A stretch of 59,472 bases of DNA, the filler included, from Dirinaria sp. TL-2023a (Eukaryota): assembly GCA_051941275.1 (NCBI GenBank). It is 9 parts of 9 records of this genome, joined end to end, with 100 filler letters (N's around TTAATTAATTAA, not from the genome) between each part and the next. Parts side by side here need not be neighbours in the genome. Positions count along the whole stretch, not along the records: positions 46,398 to 52,885 come from JAVEBF010001469.1; positions 52,986 to 59,472 come from JAVEBF010001470.1; 7 more parts are not named here. One strand, written 5' to 3'. The notes beneath the pieces were generated by a model that was given only the letters and a program-made list of their open reading frames with translations, was not told the origin of the DNA and did no database searches. The position numbers and the translations under genes are program-made. The stretch's first letter is position 1; every line of letters begins with the position of its first letter. This document shows positions 46,424-59,472 of this stretch, one piece after another.

Positions 46424-47324
46424 GATACGAAGAGGATGTGAATGTCCCGCTTGTCATTCGTGGTCCTAGGATTCCGAGAGGTCGTACCTCCGATCAAGTC
46501 ACTTCTCACACAGACTTGATCCCCACAATTTTCAAGATTGTCGGCATAGAATTGAGAGATGACTTCGACGGAGCACCAATTCACCTACACAATGACTATG
46601 TGCCTTCGGAAAGACACGAACATGTTAACCTAGAATACTGGGGGTTTGCTCTTGCAGAGGGAAAGTATGGTTTCGGAAAAGACAATGCTAGGGGTGAGTC
46701 TATTATAACATCCCTTTTCTACATGGATACGGAGGTACTCGAAATGGGAGTGGTGAGTACTCTAAAGCTGACTTCTTTGTAGATATGATCATTATGAACA
46801 ACACCTATAAAGCTGTACGAGTGATATCAGTGGATTACAACTTATACTACTCGGTCTGGTGTACTAATGAACATGAATTGTACGACTTGACGGTATGTCT
46901 AGACAGATATCATTTTTCGACATTTGTGTGTTGTAGACTTTACTGATCAGAAAAGGTCGATCCTTATCAACTCGATAACATTCACCCTTCAACAGCATTA
47001 ACCAGCGCTGAGTCTGCACGAGAGTATTCGAAGCTGCTTCTGGGGCTTCCCATATCAAAAGTGATCGCTCACCTCGATGCTCTTCTTTTAGTCCTCAAGT
47101 CCTGTAAGGGCTCTAGCTGCGTTAGTCCATGGCATGTCTTGCACCCGGAAGGAAACGTGGCAAGTCTAAAGGATGCTTTGGATCCCGCGTTCGACTACTT
47201 TTATGAGGTTGCGGAAGTCAAGGTAGCGTTCTCTCGATGTGAAGCAGGACAGCTACTTGACGCTGAAGGACCCCAGAAAGGCTTAGTCTACCGAGATGGC
47301 TTAAGATGGAGCGATTGGACATAG
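46424..47324 (+). CDS. Arylsulfatase (fungal ars-1 type), C-terminal part only; exons 46424-46693, 46783-46892, 46956-47324
   Basis: YEEDVNVPLVIRGP, HTDLIPT, HEHVNLEYWG, NNTYKAVRV, YYSVWCTNEHELYDL|VDPYQLDN, LDALLLVLKSCKG..PWHVLHP. Confidence 0.9.
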
Positions 47325-47881
47325 CATTGCCCGGCCAGGTACTGGTCTAGGGTAACTCTTAAGAGCCGGCAGTTCTACTTTAACATAGGGAGCACTGCAC
47401 GAGTAGCCACCTCTATTCATTTCGTGAGTGCCGATTGTAGACGAAATTTGAACTAGGATGCGAGAAGACCTTACAGCGTCTGAACCCTGGCTTTTCAAGC
47501 TAGTGGCTATGGAAACTCCTGCAAACACAGCTTTTGAACCACGAATCCTTATATCAGACGCACGCTTCTCCCGCAAGTCTTCCTGAGATCATCTCACATT
47601 TCTAGACTTATTTGTAAGACTTCGATACATCTAAAGAAAATGGTGAAGCTTGTCTTCTCATATATTATGTTAAGTCACAATTTTAGTGTTAGAGCCAACT
47701 TACTACTCTAAAAAATATGTACTCGATTCTACAACAGAGTGAAAAGTTAACATTACTAAAGATAATGATATATGCGCTGAAATCGCGTTAATCGAGGTCT
47801 ATTATCTGTGAAGGTAGTGGTAGGAATAAAGGGGGAAAAATTTATTTTTGCTAGAGGTCGTTGATTTGGAAACTCTGCCAA

Positions 47882-49268
47882 TTATGAAACATTATTCGCA
47901 GTTTCTCTCACAAAATCCAGCATACGCTGCGGACAAATCAAAAGACTTCGAAGTTCGCGATCCGCATCAAGACAGACTGCGATGATCTCGCGTATCCCAG
48001 CTCGTCCCATATCAGCGACCCACCAAAGATCCTCCACTAGAACCATTAACATAAGCCAATGCGCATACACCACAAGTGCGGCAAGCGAACCACCCTCCAG
48101 CATATCAACAAAGCCTCTTGGGACATCGGCTGCCCAGGTGCAAATGATGTGAAGCAGGCTCTGTGGCTGTTGCGAGTAGGCCCGCTCAGATACATGATAC
48201 AGAAGATCGATTGCAGCGCCTAAGTCTTCTATTTCTTGATCTTCAAGGGGGCTCCACTTTTGATGTAGCGTAGATCGTAAAGCGTCATGAACTTCTTGCC
48301 GTGACTGTTGAATGAAGCTCAAGCAGAGATCCTTGCTTCTCACATTCCTCTGTGAAGTGGATCGATGGCTGCAGACCCGAGGAGCCATGCTTTTCAGGAA
48401 TATCTCGTCAACAGGCCGGCCAGCCTCGATAATCGCAATATAGCTCGTCTTCACGCCTCGCAGTAAATGGAGCCAAGTCCACGCCGCGGGATCGGCAAGG
48501 GTTGTGCCGTTCTGACGATGAGATCCAAAGAACGCAAATGCGAGCACACATAGTAACTTGGAGCACGCCAAGATGGAGTCTTGATCTTGCGGGTTTTGGC
48601 CCTCCTGAAAATCTTGCAACTTCTGCCGGCTCATCGTAACAAAAATCTTTCCGTGCGCCTCCGCAGCTTCAAGATATTTCATGCAATACGCACCTGCGTG
48701 ACCAGACTGGGACTCATGGTGCAAGCATATTGCTGCAAGGGTAAGCATGCCTTGATGTACTATAGGACAAGTGAGAGCCACAGCCGGGATAAATATCCGC
48801 CAAATACCGGACTGATCTTCGCATATGTCACATCCTCCAATGGTCTGCGCAGTGTGTGTAAAATAATGCTTTGCAAGCTCGGTATCTCCAATGCTCCCAT
48901 CTCGTGAAATCTCCACGCGTGAGGAGTCCTTAGCTGAAAGGTTCCGTGAGCTCTTCGAAACGCTGTCCTCCAGATTTATGTGTAGGTATGCGTCATGTAA
49001 ATCCGATGAGGACGAATTTGTCTTGGATCTATAGGCATAGCTACATTCAAATTTCTTATGGTGGCATCTCGTACAGCGAGGTCGTTTCTCATCACACTTG
49101 GCCAATCGTCAAGCAATCGTTCTCGTTTAAGGAATGCAAATGACTGACCTTAACCCTGCCCCTTTTGCACGTAGCACAACCTGATCTAACCTTCTTATGC
49201 GGTCGTTTGACTCGCAAAATAGATGTTTTGACATCCTCGAGGACGAGTTTATCCGTCATACTATTCAT
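47882..49268 (-). CDS. Zn(II)2Cys6 transcription factor (Upc2-like architecture); exons 49268-49149 and 49096-47882
   Basis: Spliced RPHKKVRSGCATCKRGRVK|CDEKRPRCTRCHHKKFECSY. C-terminal WLHLLRGV, ALVVYAHW and WW motifs typical of the Upc2-related group. Confidence 0.88.
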
Positions 49269-49548
49269 TGGATGGACTTTTATCTTGTCTCAATTGGGTT
49301 GAGCGGTAGTGTAAACTCTTTACTACTCCAGTGCCTATGAAAACTGCAAAGTTCGAGAGCAGATGGGTGTAAGTGCTTGACGTCTTTCGCGATATTATAA
49401 TTTCATCCTCCGTAATCAATCGAGCATGCAGCTCAGTGTATCGAAGCTTACCTTATTTACCCCGCTCTTGGGATTTGGGTAAGTGTGCAACATAAGCGTT
49501 AGGGGTAAGCCGCAGTAGTAGCGTGAGTCTGAGTAAGCTTCGAGGCTC

Positions 49549-49578
49549 AACGAGAACGAGAACGGGAACGAGAACGAG
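49549..49578. repeat. (AACGAG)5 hexamer repeat in the divergent TF/peroxygenase promoter
   Basis: aacgag aacgag aacggg aacgag aacgag. Confidence 0.8.
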
Positions 49579-50014
49579 GTTTCTAGGCATGAAAAATTGA
49601 GCATTCAGTCTCTCATTTGAGGATCTGGCCAAGCAGAAAGTATTTTTGTCAAAAAAGGGTCAAAATCCACGCTTAAAAAGGCGGTGCAAAGAAGTACGCG
49701 AGTGCGAGTGCGAGTTGCAAATCTTCACGCGCAGCACCTCAATGACAAAGATCATGTTAGACTGTAACGACAGCCTTAACAGTGCGAGGATCTGTAATCG
49801 CGCCTCCGATCGCAATGGCATTAAATCTATCGAGGTCGACACCGCTTTGACTCATCGCTGTCACTCAGCTCGGCGGTCAAAGTCCTGATATCGATGGGCC
49901 CCATCGTTGTTGCTTAAGACCAGCTATAAAGATGCTAAGGCAGGTCAAATTTGAGAAGATTGCAAAGAAACATTCGAGACTAGCCCAAGAATAAGTCTAG
50001 TCCATTATTCAATT

Positions 50015-50913
50015 ATGCTCACAAGAACTGGTATTTCTCTTCTTTTTGCAACACTCGCTGTTTGTGAGCCGAAGGGCCATCCATGGCATCACCCGCTCTC
50101 CACAGACCGTTAGTCTGAAATGTAACGTATGCTCTTTGAATATAGATGACTCACTATCTTCTTAGGTCGCAGTCCGTGTCCCGGTGTCAACGCTCTTGCT
50201 AACCATGGTTATCTGCCTCGCAACGGTCTGAATATCTCCTTGGAACAGTTCATCACTGGCGTCAAGGAAGGATTTAATTTCGAAGCGAATTTCGCCATCT
50301 TTTCCGTGGGAATATATCAAAACTTTACCACGACAGGCTTCAACAACACGCTGAACCTAAATGACCTAGATCATCATGCCAGTAAGGTGCCCCTTGGGTG
50401 CTCGTTCTCCAACAGTGATGCTTTAGTCGGATGGTACAGCTAACTTCGCTACTTGCCCAGTCCCTGGTGAGCACGATGGCAGTCTAAGCCGTAATGATCT
50501 GTACTTTGGCGACAATCATAGCTTTAATATGACGATCTGGGATACTGTGGCGGCTCATTTCCATAACGACACCATCTCCACCCCGGCTGCCGCCAAGGCG
50601 CGCAAGGACCGTTTCGATGCCGCAAAAGCTATTAACCCAACCTTCACTCCCAGCATCAACTCTAGTATAGGCACTACAGCGTTGTACCTCAAGGCTATGC
50701 AAGGTCAGGATAAGGAAACGAAGACAGACTACGTGCAGATCTTTTTCCGTGAGTGGAGCTTTTTGGTTACGGCTTTCCCATGCCCAGATCACGCTGACGC
50801 TCACCACAGGTGAGGAACGGATTCCTTTCAATGAGGGTTATAAAAGATCGAATGTTACGATCACTTTAGAAGATCTAGCTCAGATCGCCACTGAGATTAC
50901 GGCAGCTTCTTGA
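50015..50913 (+). CDS. Secreted heme-thiolate peroxidase (short unspecific peroxygenase/chloroperoxidase family); exons 50015-50108, 50166-50381, 50461-50748, 50810-50913
   Basis: Signal peptide, RSPCPGVNALANHGYLPRNG (PCP proximal Cys), EHDGSLSRND, FREERIP. Three GT-AG introns keep the frame. Confidence 0.92.
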
Positions 50914-52885
50914 TCTTCAAGTAGAGGGTCCATCACAAACCGCAATCAAAGATACGTAAGGTGTCAGATCTCAATGCTGGATATCGTGCTGCTAGCAGAA
51001 GTTTAATCCAGGAGATTCTTGTTCATGTAGCTATGGGTTTTGTCTCTTCCCTTTCCAATCAACAAGCGCACGATATGAAACGAAGTGTTCTTCAATTTCC
51101 AATGAGATTGTGACTTTCAACAAGTAATCTAAGAACGTGTAAGCTACTCACAATCTATTGAGAGTACTTTTGGCAAAGCCCATTGCGAAGATTGTACTCT
51201 CGATCTGTCCTAGGGATTTAGGTAGCATCAAGTCCTTGCTCAACGACCCAATACGGAGCGTTGCTGGAATTACTCTCATGAACATAAGTCGTTAGAGGCT
51301 CAAGGCTTCTTTGAACCACGACTGAAGTCTTTTAGATTTCGAATACTAATTTAGCATCAGCAGTAACAACGATGACCACTTAACATCGAGCGGCAGCCAC
51401 AATAAGTAAGTATATCCTGATTACGTCAGAGAGATGCTTGCATGTTCCAGTACGAGTGCCGGGTGGCAGCAATAGCTTGATGTAGATTTTAGTACTTGAT
51501 GTCATTTCCTGCCACTGGTGGCGGCAAGATGATGAGAGAGAATCCATGCTCAAAGTCTGCCAACTTCTGCTTGTTCACCACGTTCCCTAACCCTTACCGT
51601 GTCTCTCCCCCCATGCTCTGACATTGACTATTACCGCAAGCGCCAAAGTACGACTTACATTAAGTATTTTTAACATTTGAAAGATTTTGGAGCATTGGAA
51701 GAAGGTGACCTTGGGCAAAAGGGGTTTTGAATGTATCGTTACTAAGCGACAGCAAAGCATGACTTCGAAAGTGCGACGGCGGATAACCATGACCGGAACA
51801 GAAGGATTAGATCTGAGTGCCTTGTATAGTTCCAAAGCCGAGTATAGTTGAAGGATCGATGTGTTCAAAATGGAGCGTTTAGATGGCGAAGGGCAAGACC
51901 AAGTTTGGTATACGCTCGATGGAGTTGGATAGAATGCTTGATACAAGACGCTAACCAATGAGGAGCTGTGAAAGATGAGACAAGAACGATGGATCAGTGA
52001 CCAATGTAGAGGAGGGAGTTTAAGGGATTCGATAGCATTGCTCGTCTTTTTGCATATTTTTACCGTGAAAGATTCGGAAAGCCCTGGATGTATTATCATC
52101 CAGCTCGATATTTCTAGCAGCAGATGATAATAAGTCATATATAAATTCGTTCGCAAGCTGACATAAATCTGCACGGGCATTAAGATCGGTGCACAAGTGC
52201 GTTTGGGTTAGCGCTTAATTATCGAAAGCCCTTTTGACTGATCTAGCTCATTGGCTTGTTGAAAAGCTCTTGCCTTTCAATCTTCTCTAGTGATTTTGAT
52301 GATCTTTATCTCGGTGGGTTAGCACTGACGTCTTTCTGCAGCCTTCTCGGGATAATTCCATGTCTGCGTTGATCAAAGGATGAAATATGCCTTGAATTGC
52401 ACAGACTTTGATAAAGACTTGGATTGATTATTGTAACACTTAGCTGTGGAGGCGCAAAAGCTCAATCGGTGAGTTGTAAAACTAGTAGACCTTCGTTGTT
52501 GTATAAATTGTGATGGCTGAAGTATTGAACACGATTGTACGGGTTGGGAGACCTCTTGTAGCTATCGAATGATGCTCCTTCGCTTCTCAAAGACGCCGAT
52601 ACTAATCCTAATATCTTTGGGATGATGTTACAAGTCCTAAAGAGCTCGTCCTATCTTTGCGAGAGCGATCATGGAAGCCGGGACGAGAGACTCTGAAGTA
52701 GTTTCAGAAGTTATCCCTGAAGCGGGAGCTCAGCCGAGGCTAATAGTCTCTTTTGGGATGGCGAAGATCTACGAAGTGACCGTTAATCGATACATAGAGA
52801 TGTGTAATCAAATCGGTTTGGGATTGCAGCCAGACGTTCGACGGTACATTCGAAAGAGCTGCTTTTCAGTCTCCAGAGTAAACCC

Positions 52886-52985
52886 NNNNNNNNNNNNNNN
52901 NNNNNNNNNNNNNNNNNNNNNNNNNNNNNTTAATTAATTAANNNNNNNNNNNNNNNNNNNNNNNNNNNNNNNNNNNNNNNNNNNN
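52886..52985. other. Artificial contig linker 8
   Basis: Same 100-bp spacer. Confidence 0.99.
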
Positions 52986-55285
52986 CTTATCTGGGATTTT
53001 TTTTGACTTTTTATCAACCTCCTCTTTCGCTCCCGCGAGTTTCTTATAAACCAAATCATGGTGGCGTCGAGTCTGTTAGGGCGTGATTATAGAGATCTCG
53101 ACCATTTCTTCAACCCTTTTTGGTCATCTTGAATTGAGACTCGACTTTCAAGCTTTATCCAAGTTGCGATCGAGACACAATCCCCCTTGTGCAGTCATAA
53201 TGACTTCCACAATTCCCGTACAAATGTATTTGTCAGATTTTCTTTGACGTGTGCGAAGGTCTCAGCATCAAATCTATCTGTCATACTCGCATCATATATG
53301 GTTTAAGAAGCAGCTATAGAGCAATCAAGGTGTGGAAGAGAGGAAAAAAAGCCAAACGGCAATAGAAGATTAAGAAGATGAGAAAGCTATTGGAAGCGCT
53401 AAAACATAACGATCGCTCTAACGCAGCACGAAACTCGCCTTTCTCACTTCCGACCTTCGACGGCGCATTCTGTCTACGCTCGTTAAACTTGCTCACGGTA
53501 TATTGTCAATTTTGCGTGACAACATTGTATGTAGGGGAACTCTGGGATCGAGTAACTCTCTACATTGCTAAATCTTTCCGGAAAAACCTCATGACAACGT
53601 CTTCTGATTCTCAGCAGAAAGCTTCTTATATTCGTATCTACAGCTTGAGCGTTTGAAACAAACCCGAGGTCCCCGTTGGTTTCTTTCGCCGGATTATCAT
53701 GTAGACGAGCACAGCTGACTCTACCTTCGGATCACGCATATACGAGGTTGCAGCAAGTTTGATGTAGGTAAGGCTTCCCTAGGTGCCTGCGAGAAGATGG
53801 AAAATCATCTTTCGCTGATATAATAATGCAAGAGACTACGCGACTCTAATACATATTTTCTTAGCTATTCACCGGCCTAAATCTCCTTCGTCACTGTCGT
53901 TGGCCGTTCGGTTTGATCTGGATCTCTAGTAACAATGGTTTTCTACTGTTTATGCCTTGTCTCTCTTTTCTCCTAATTGCTGACTAACGTCGTGGCGCAA
54001 TACACCGACCGTGACTCTTACGGTGCAGCCTTGAAGTCATGCCAAAGTACAAACATCTATGTGATCCCTGGCGGTATTATCATTGATACTGCAGCATTCA
54101 TTATATATGCGCTATCCCTTTCAACGCTGCAGGGATGAACTGGCAGGGGTGCGACGAGACGAACCCGAATGTAAGTCTGGCAAGCACGTTCAAGACGGAA
54201 TAGGATTTTGGTGATCAGCAAGCTGTCACATGCTTGGAGACCCAACCGAGCAATCATTTACTTTATTTCCATAAGTCCATCGGTGATCTGGCAAAGTCAC
54301 AGGATCGGCGTCGAGCCTGACGAGTCTGCCATATCGGTAGGTTCCCGGTATGGCTCTAAAAATATGCAATGCATCGAGGAGCAAGCAGGGTCATGTGCGT
54401 AACAGAGCTGTCGATGGCTGGATAAATTAGAGTCAATTCGAACAGTGGTGTGACACGTGCCTGTAGCTGTAATGGCTGTAGCCGCCGAACCTCCTATCAG
54501 TCTTTCGATCTATGGAAAGTCCAATGAAGGCAAGTCAAAGAGACGATGAGCGCAGTGCGACTTGAGCGTTGGGCTCCAAGCTGAGCTTACGTTTGATTAA
54601 TTGATGATAGTACTTGGAGTATTGACTCTCTTTACGATTGGTCATCCGGCCGGAATTGTGCAGCAATCCAAATTCTGTTGACTTGATTTGGTGAACACTG
54701 CCCGTACCCGGGCGGCTAGTCTAGCGCGGGTAAAACCTCGGTCTTCAGAAGAACTCGTGTCTCGTCTCTTGGACCAACACATATTGATTCAGTCGACGTA
54801 ATACATGTATATTATCAGGCAAGGCCTATGCGTCACGGATGTCGATTTCAAGGTTCGCACAGGACAAAACTTACATCTATAGAGAGTACTATCGTCTCTC
54901 ACAAGGAACCCAGAGCTTGATTTTTCCTGTTCTGTCACGCTGGATATCACCACTGGTGATCGTAATCTTTCGGGGCTCATGCAGTTCCCCGTGCGCCCCG
55001 ATGCACTTATCCGTGAACACGAGAAGCATTTGGCTCGGCGAGCGACAAGCAATGCGCTCGCTGGCTGCCTTGCTGTGCGTGACAAGGAGAGACGTAGAGT
55101 CAGAGCCGAGATAGGATCTTCCTTAGGAAAAGACGGAAATTCCGTGCACGTTCGGTTCTTCAGTGGGGTATGAACTGTCTTCACCTATATGCCAGCTTCC
55201 TTCCTATCAATAATCCTACGCCTTCGATTCTCTTCATAGCAATCGTACCTCTTGTGAGATCGCACAAATACGTCTGTTCAATAGC

Positions 55286-57622
55286 ATGGCGCCACAATTC
55301 CAGATCGGTTTGGAATTGACCAATATTCTCAATCCGTTAAGTCAAGCCGTGACTACTTTAGGCTCTTTAGCTTTGGTCGATGCGATTAAGAGCGCCGGCT
55401 CAGACGCTCTCACAGAGCTGAAGTTGGCTTCCTTGATTGGACGACACCACATCGACAATGTTATCGAATTTCATTTCCGCGCGGCCGTTGCGAAGAGTGA
55501 GCAGTCAACTATCTCCCGGTACATGGACATTATTCTTGAGGCCGGGGCTGGACCAACAGTACAACAAGCACTCAAGAACCCAGCCTTGTTCTCCATGGTT
55601 GTTCAACTTTCTCTCCTAGGTTTTGCCCACAAAGACGAATCCCTTGCTCAATCTATCGTGTTGGCCATTGAGAAACTCTCAGAGCTGTCGGGCCAAGCAC
55701 AGCAGATTGTGCCTGAGTACGTGGCGCTGCTGGGAACAATACGAGCTTGTCAACAGCAGACTGCCTCTTTCTCTTGGGCTAGCCTTTTTGAAGGGGTCGA
55801 ACATAAACTCCAGCCCATTATGGCTGATGAGGAGGCATACGATTTAGGCTTAGAGCAGCCTCGCGGATCATTAAAGCTCAAGGACATGGACTTAAAAGAT
55901 TACTGGATCCGAAGCCTGCCGTTCGCGATATTACAAGCCTTGCTTACGTCACTAAAAGAACTACAAGCATTTCCCAAAAGCAGACTACTTAAAATCAAAA
56001 CTATTAGTGGTATCAGCACTATTGTCGTCTGGTGTTATCACGTACTGGGGCTGAATGTGCTTGTACGCAAGATCGGTTTCGAGACTTACTTCGGTGATCA
56101 TGTGCAAACGTGCAATGTTGTAATCGAACTTTGCGAACCCCAAGCTGTCAGCGCTACCTTGATGGATCCTTTGGACCAGTTTGAGTCCGTGTTCAAGTTA
56201 TCTGCCAACGAAAATGATCCGTACATATATCCGGAGATCCGATACGAGGCTTTCGGATTCGGTGACCGACTTTTACGAAAACTCTATGTGGACGAAGTCG
56301 AGAGGAGACGAGAGATCTACATTGTGATAGCCTATCTGCTACAGTACGTGAGCTGTGTTGGTTCGGGAATGAGCACTTCCACTCACCGCGCGGGTTTCTT
56401 CACACATACGGAATTATCGGCTGACGACATCCTGCGCGCAGCTCGTTTCCTCTTTGCTCTGGAAGACGTAGATGAAGAGTTGCTAGATGACATCAAATCC
56501 TCAGATCCAGAACAATTGGTTTACTTGAGCAAAGCTAACTGGAAAGCGCTTCTCGCGACAGTTGTTGCTTTTGCAAGAATAGAGCCTTTTGATCTCGAGA
56601 GATGTCAGCGGATTCCTCTTTCGAGGGTTGCATTTTACTCGCTGCAGGACGAGTTTCATAAAAAACCAGATAAAAGAGAAATTGATGACTCTCGAGTTCT
56701 CTAACTCGGTCTGATTCCGTCGTTCCACGTACTATGTTACTTATTGGTTGGATCTCGATTGCCCGAAGGCAGCATCAATTTTCCGATCCTGGAGAGCTCA
56801 TGGGGCTAGAGCATTTTCTTTGATGTTGTCAATGTCCTCCACCCAGAGGATGTTGGCACAAGTATGATGCGCGTTGTACGTGGTGTGCCTTCTCGCCGAG
56901 GTCTACGACGTGCACGGATTGCCGATGGGGGCTCGTTCTATGGTAATGGGTATTCATTAGCGGAGCGAAATGCGGGAACAATGTGGAAATTCGGATTCCA
57001 TTCAGGCATAAGTACATCCAAAAAGTCAGTCACTTTAGTGGGACATTGGAGGGAGGCATTCACAGTCACGCAGTCTTTTGACTCGTCGTTTTACGGGCAG
57101 GACTCTGGATCAACAGTGTCATTTGTCAACCATAAAGTGGGATTGGGAAGAATCTTTGAGCTCTGTGAAAGCGCTGGAAGGTTACCACCTTGCGACTGCG
57201 AAAAGGAGGAACGAGAGTTGCTGCAATGGCTTCATTATGACGATTTAGTCCAGAGGCTTTCAGTGAGAAACAGCTCTGCTACATCGAATCTCGACGATTA
57301 TCATTTTGTGGTTGAATGGCCCGAGGCACAAGCGGGTCATGGTCTACTTAAGAACGGATTTGTGATTCGTCGCATGGCTGGGCCAAATGCGAGAGAGTTG
57401 GACAATCAGCAACGACCCACTGGTGAACAAAGAGCGCAGAACCCGGTGTGGTTTTTCTCCGTTACCAGTAATCCAGATGCACGCTTGTTGCAACTGTTTT
57501 ACACGAGCGAAAAATGCGAGAAAGACTGCCTTTGCATCTTAAGAAGCAGAGATACATGCTTAAAGTGCGCGCTAACGACTCGGATAACAAGCGGAGAGAG
57601 CCTCACAATAGTGTTGCTATGA
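55286..57622 (+). pseudogene. 778-codon fungal hypothetical-protein frame interrupted by two in-frame stops (TAA 56702-56704, TAG 56807-56809)
   Basis: ORFs 55286-56704 and 56864-57622 share one frame. The bridge reads VL*LGLIPSFHVLCYLLVG..ESSWG*SIFFD..RVVRGVPSRRG with no frameshift and no obvious intron. C-terminal Cys motifs CDC and CLKC. Confidence 0.72.
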
Positions 57623-58399
57623 TGAAGAGTTGTTGACCGAGTGACTCTCCTGGTAGAGGTCCTCCGAAAAAGGCTTTGCAGTATTCGCAGAGGAATTATA
57701 GGAGCAGACAACCGCTCTCGCAGCAAGAGCGAGCTAGCCTGCATATCTATATCCGCAATGATTCCATCCCGCAAGATTCTAGAAGCCACAGCCAATAGGT
57801 CTGTTTTCACTAATTACAGTTTCTGATTCTTTTTTCGAGGTCTGGTACGACTTGGACAGCGTGTACACGCGAACTTCGTCAGGGGAAGACTGAGCCTTCA
57901 CCATCTACATCTAAGTGATGAGGACGTCGATGGCTGGGGGCGGATTATCGTGCATGCTTATTGAGACTATTCAGCAATATGGAATTTGCGATCAGAGTTC
58001 GTAATGTTTCATGATACCCAAGACTTGAATCTTTCTTTCTCTAGGGGCCCGAGGTCAATGTTCTATGGTCGCTCGCTTGGAAATAGTATCTGCGCGCGGA
58101 TCATGCAAGACTTCAATGACGAATTCTGTCTGCGCAGCTCATTGCTCTTTTCAAACTGAGTTTCAATTATCGACCCACCTACTAGATCTTTCCTTCGTGC
58201 CTTTGATATATCTTCATCGTCCATTCCATCGCCCGATCAAAGACGAGACTCATGCACGCTGATACGTAGATTGATGATGGCCTTGGCTGTTCGAGGAGCT
58301 AAAGAAAACAATATAAACATCCAAGCCGCACCTGAAAGCTGACGACTCGTCTTTCGCCTCGAACTAGTCCAGCATTCCAGAGACCTGCGATTTCTCAAA

Positions 58400-59472
58400 G
58401 TCGCCCAACAGATGACGCTCGATACAGAGTTCTAAAGACATAATGAGGTCCATTATGCCCCTGATGGAATGTCAATTTTTTGCTTTTCTTCTCTACTCCA
58501 AGATTTTTACCCCTTAATGACAATCGTTAAGAGAGACCTTCTGATTATTGGGCGAATTTTTTGTAAAATGGTAAGAATAAGAGAGTCTTAGACGCAAATA
58601 GATCAGCCGCCTGTAATTTTGGTGCGAATGCGTCGAGATAAAAGGAGGTATGTACAGCGATGATCAAAAAGGATGGATTATCAAGGCCTAATAGCCATCT
58701 CTCTACCCCTGTATCAAGCTCTACTTCATATGTGGATTATACTAAACATTCTTTGAACTCCCGTAGAAATTTTTCTTCCGATATTCGAGGAGATTAGTCG
58801 CTATCTCATATAATTTCTATCTCGTACCAGATAAGCGCATACAACATCATTCAAGCATAGAATTAATCGTCTTCGAATCTTCTTGCCCCATCTCTTTATC
58901 TCTATTCACGTCAGTCTACAATGTTTTTCAAAATCATTCATGAATCTAATACCCCTTCCAAAAAAGCAAAAAGAAAAGAAGAAAGAAGAAGAAAGAACCA
59001 TCAACATAGAATCCGCAAAAGATATCCATGAATCCCAAAACGCAGAAAAACTCTAAATTCCTTTCCTTGCGATATAGACCCAAAGAAAACCACCACAATC
59101 CAGAATCTCAAATCAAATATCAGACCAAAGCATGACGATCCTTGAACCACAACACCAAAACCAAGTCACACGCTCATAGATTCTCGTTCTATCCAAATAT
59201 ATTTTCCCAACAAGCAATCCCATCTCAAGTCAGAAAATAAGACGATAATCTAAAAGATAAATGTATCATCATCGAACCTATAACAAGACTCACGCAGATT
59301 TATGAAATCTCTTGTGAGTAATCTTCAAGATCATGACAGCCACCAACATCGGATTACGAATAAATCCTTCACCCGCTGAAATCCTGCCGAGAACAGTCGT
59401 AATCGTTGAGGAGTGAGCCAATCAATGGTAGCGAAACAGACAAAATAAAAGGCTCCCGCTACGTTCACACCC
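58400..59472. other. AT-rich non-coding/degenerate region
   Basis: No ORFs in the track; A-rich low-complexity tracts. Confidence 0.35.

Noticed and set aside
51587..52885. 197-aa ORF 51587-52180 and flanks as a gene
   Set aside because: Atypical composition, with protein-like fragments scattered over different frames; at best an unidentifiable relic.

Overview
Fungal (filamentous ascomycete, Pezizomycotina-type) genomic DNA with short GT-AG introns and CTRAC branch points. The window is not a contiguous locus. It is nine ~6.5-kb contigs in descending length order (6560, 6553, 6548, 6532, 6506, 6504, 6494, 6488, 6487 bp), joined by an artificial 100-bp linker (44 N + TTAATTAATTAA + 44 N), so adjacency across linkers is meaningless. 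Genes reconstructed by hand-splicing: cryptochrome-DASH (3' truncated, Gly/RGG tail), an SDR oxidoreductase, BLOC-1 subunit CNL1, a type II membrane SGNH/PC-esterase-like protein, phosphoserine phosphatase SER2, IPI3 (truncated), a CorA-like protein, a conserved membrane protein beside a HET-6-like gene, a small NIF3/YqfO-like protein, a Nup2-like nucleoporin, a TRM44-TYW3-DUF2461 trio, a small 4-TM protein, an arylsulfatase (5' truncated), and a divergent Zn2Cys6 factor / heme-thiolate peroxygenase pair. Non-genic elements: a complete solo LTR with a 5-bp target-site duplication and an internal GGTAGAC repeat array, a second partial LTR, RIP-like AT-rich relics and two pseudogenes. One pseudogene is a 778-codon frame broken only by two in-frame stops. 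No tRNA, rRNA or CRISPR could be supported. Family calls are from motif recognition, not database searches. Best leads: the HET + membrane-protein pair, the two-stop gene (RIP versus A-to-I stop correction), the structured cryptochrome intron, and the TF-peroxygenase unit.
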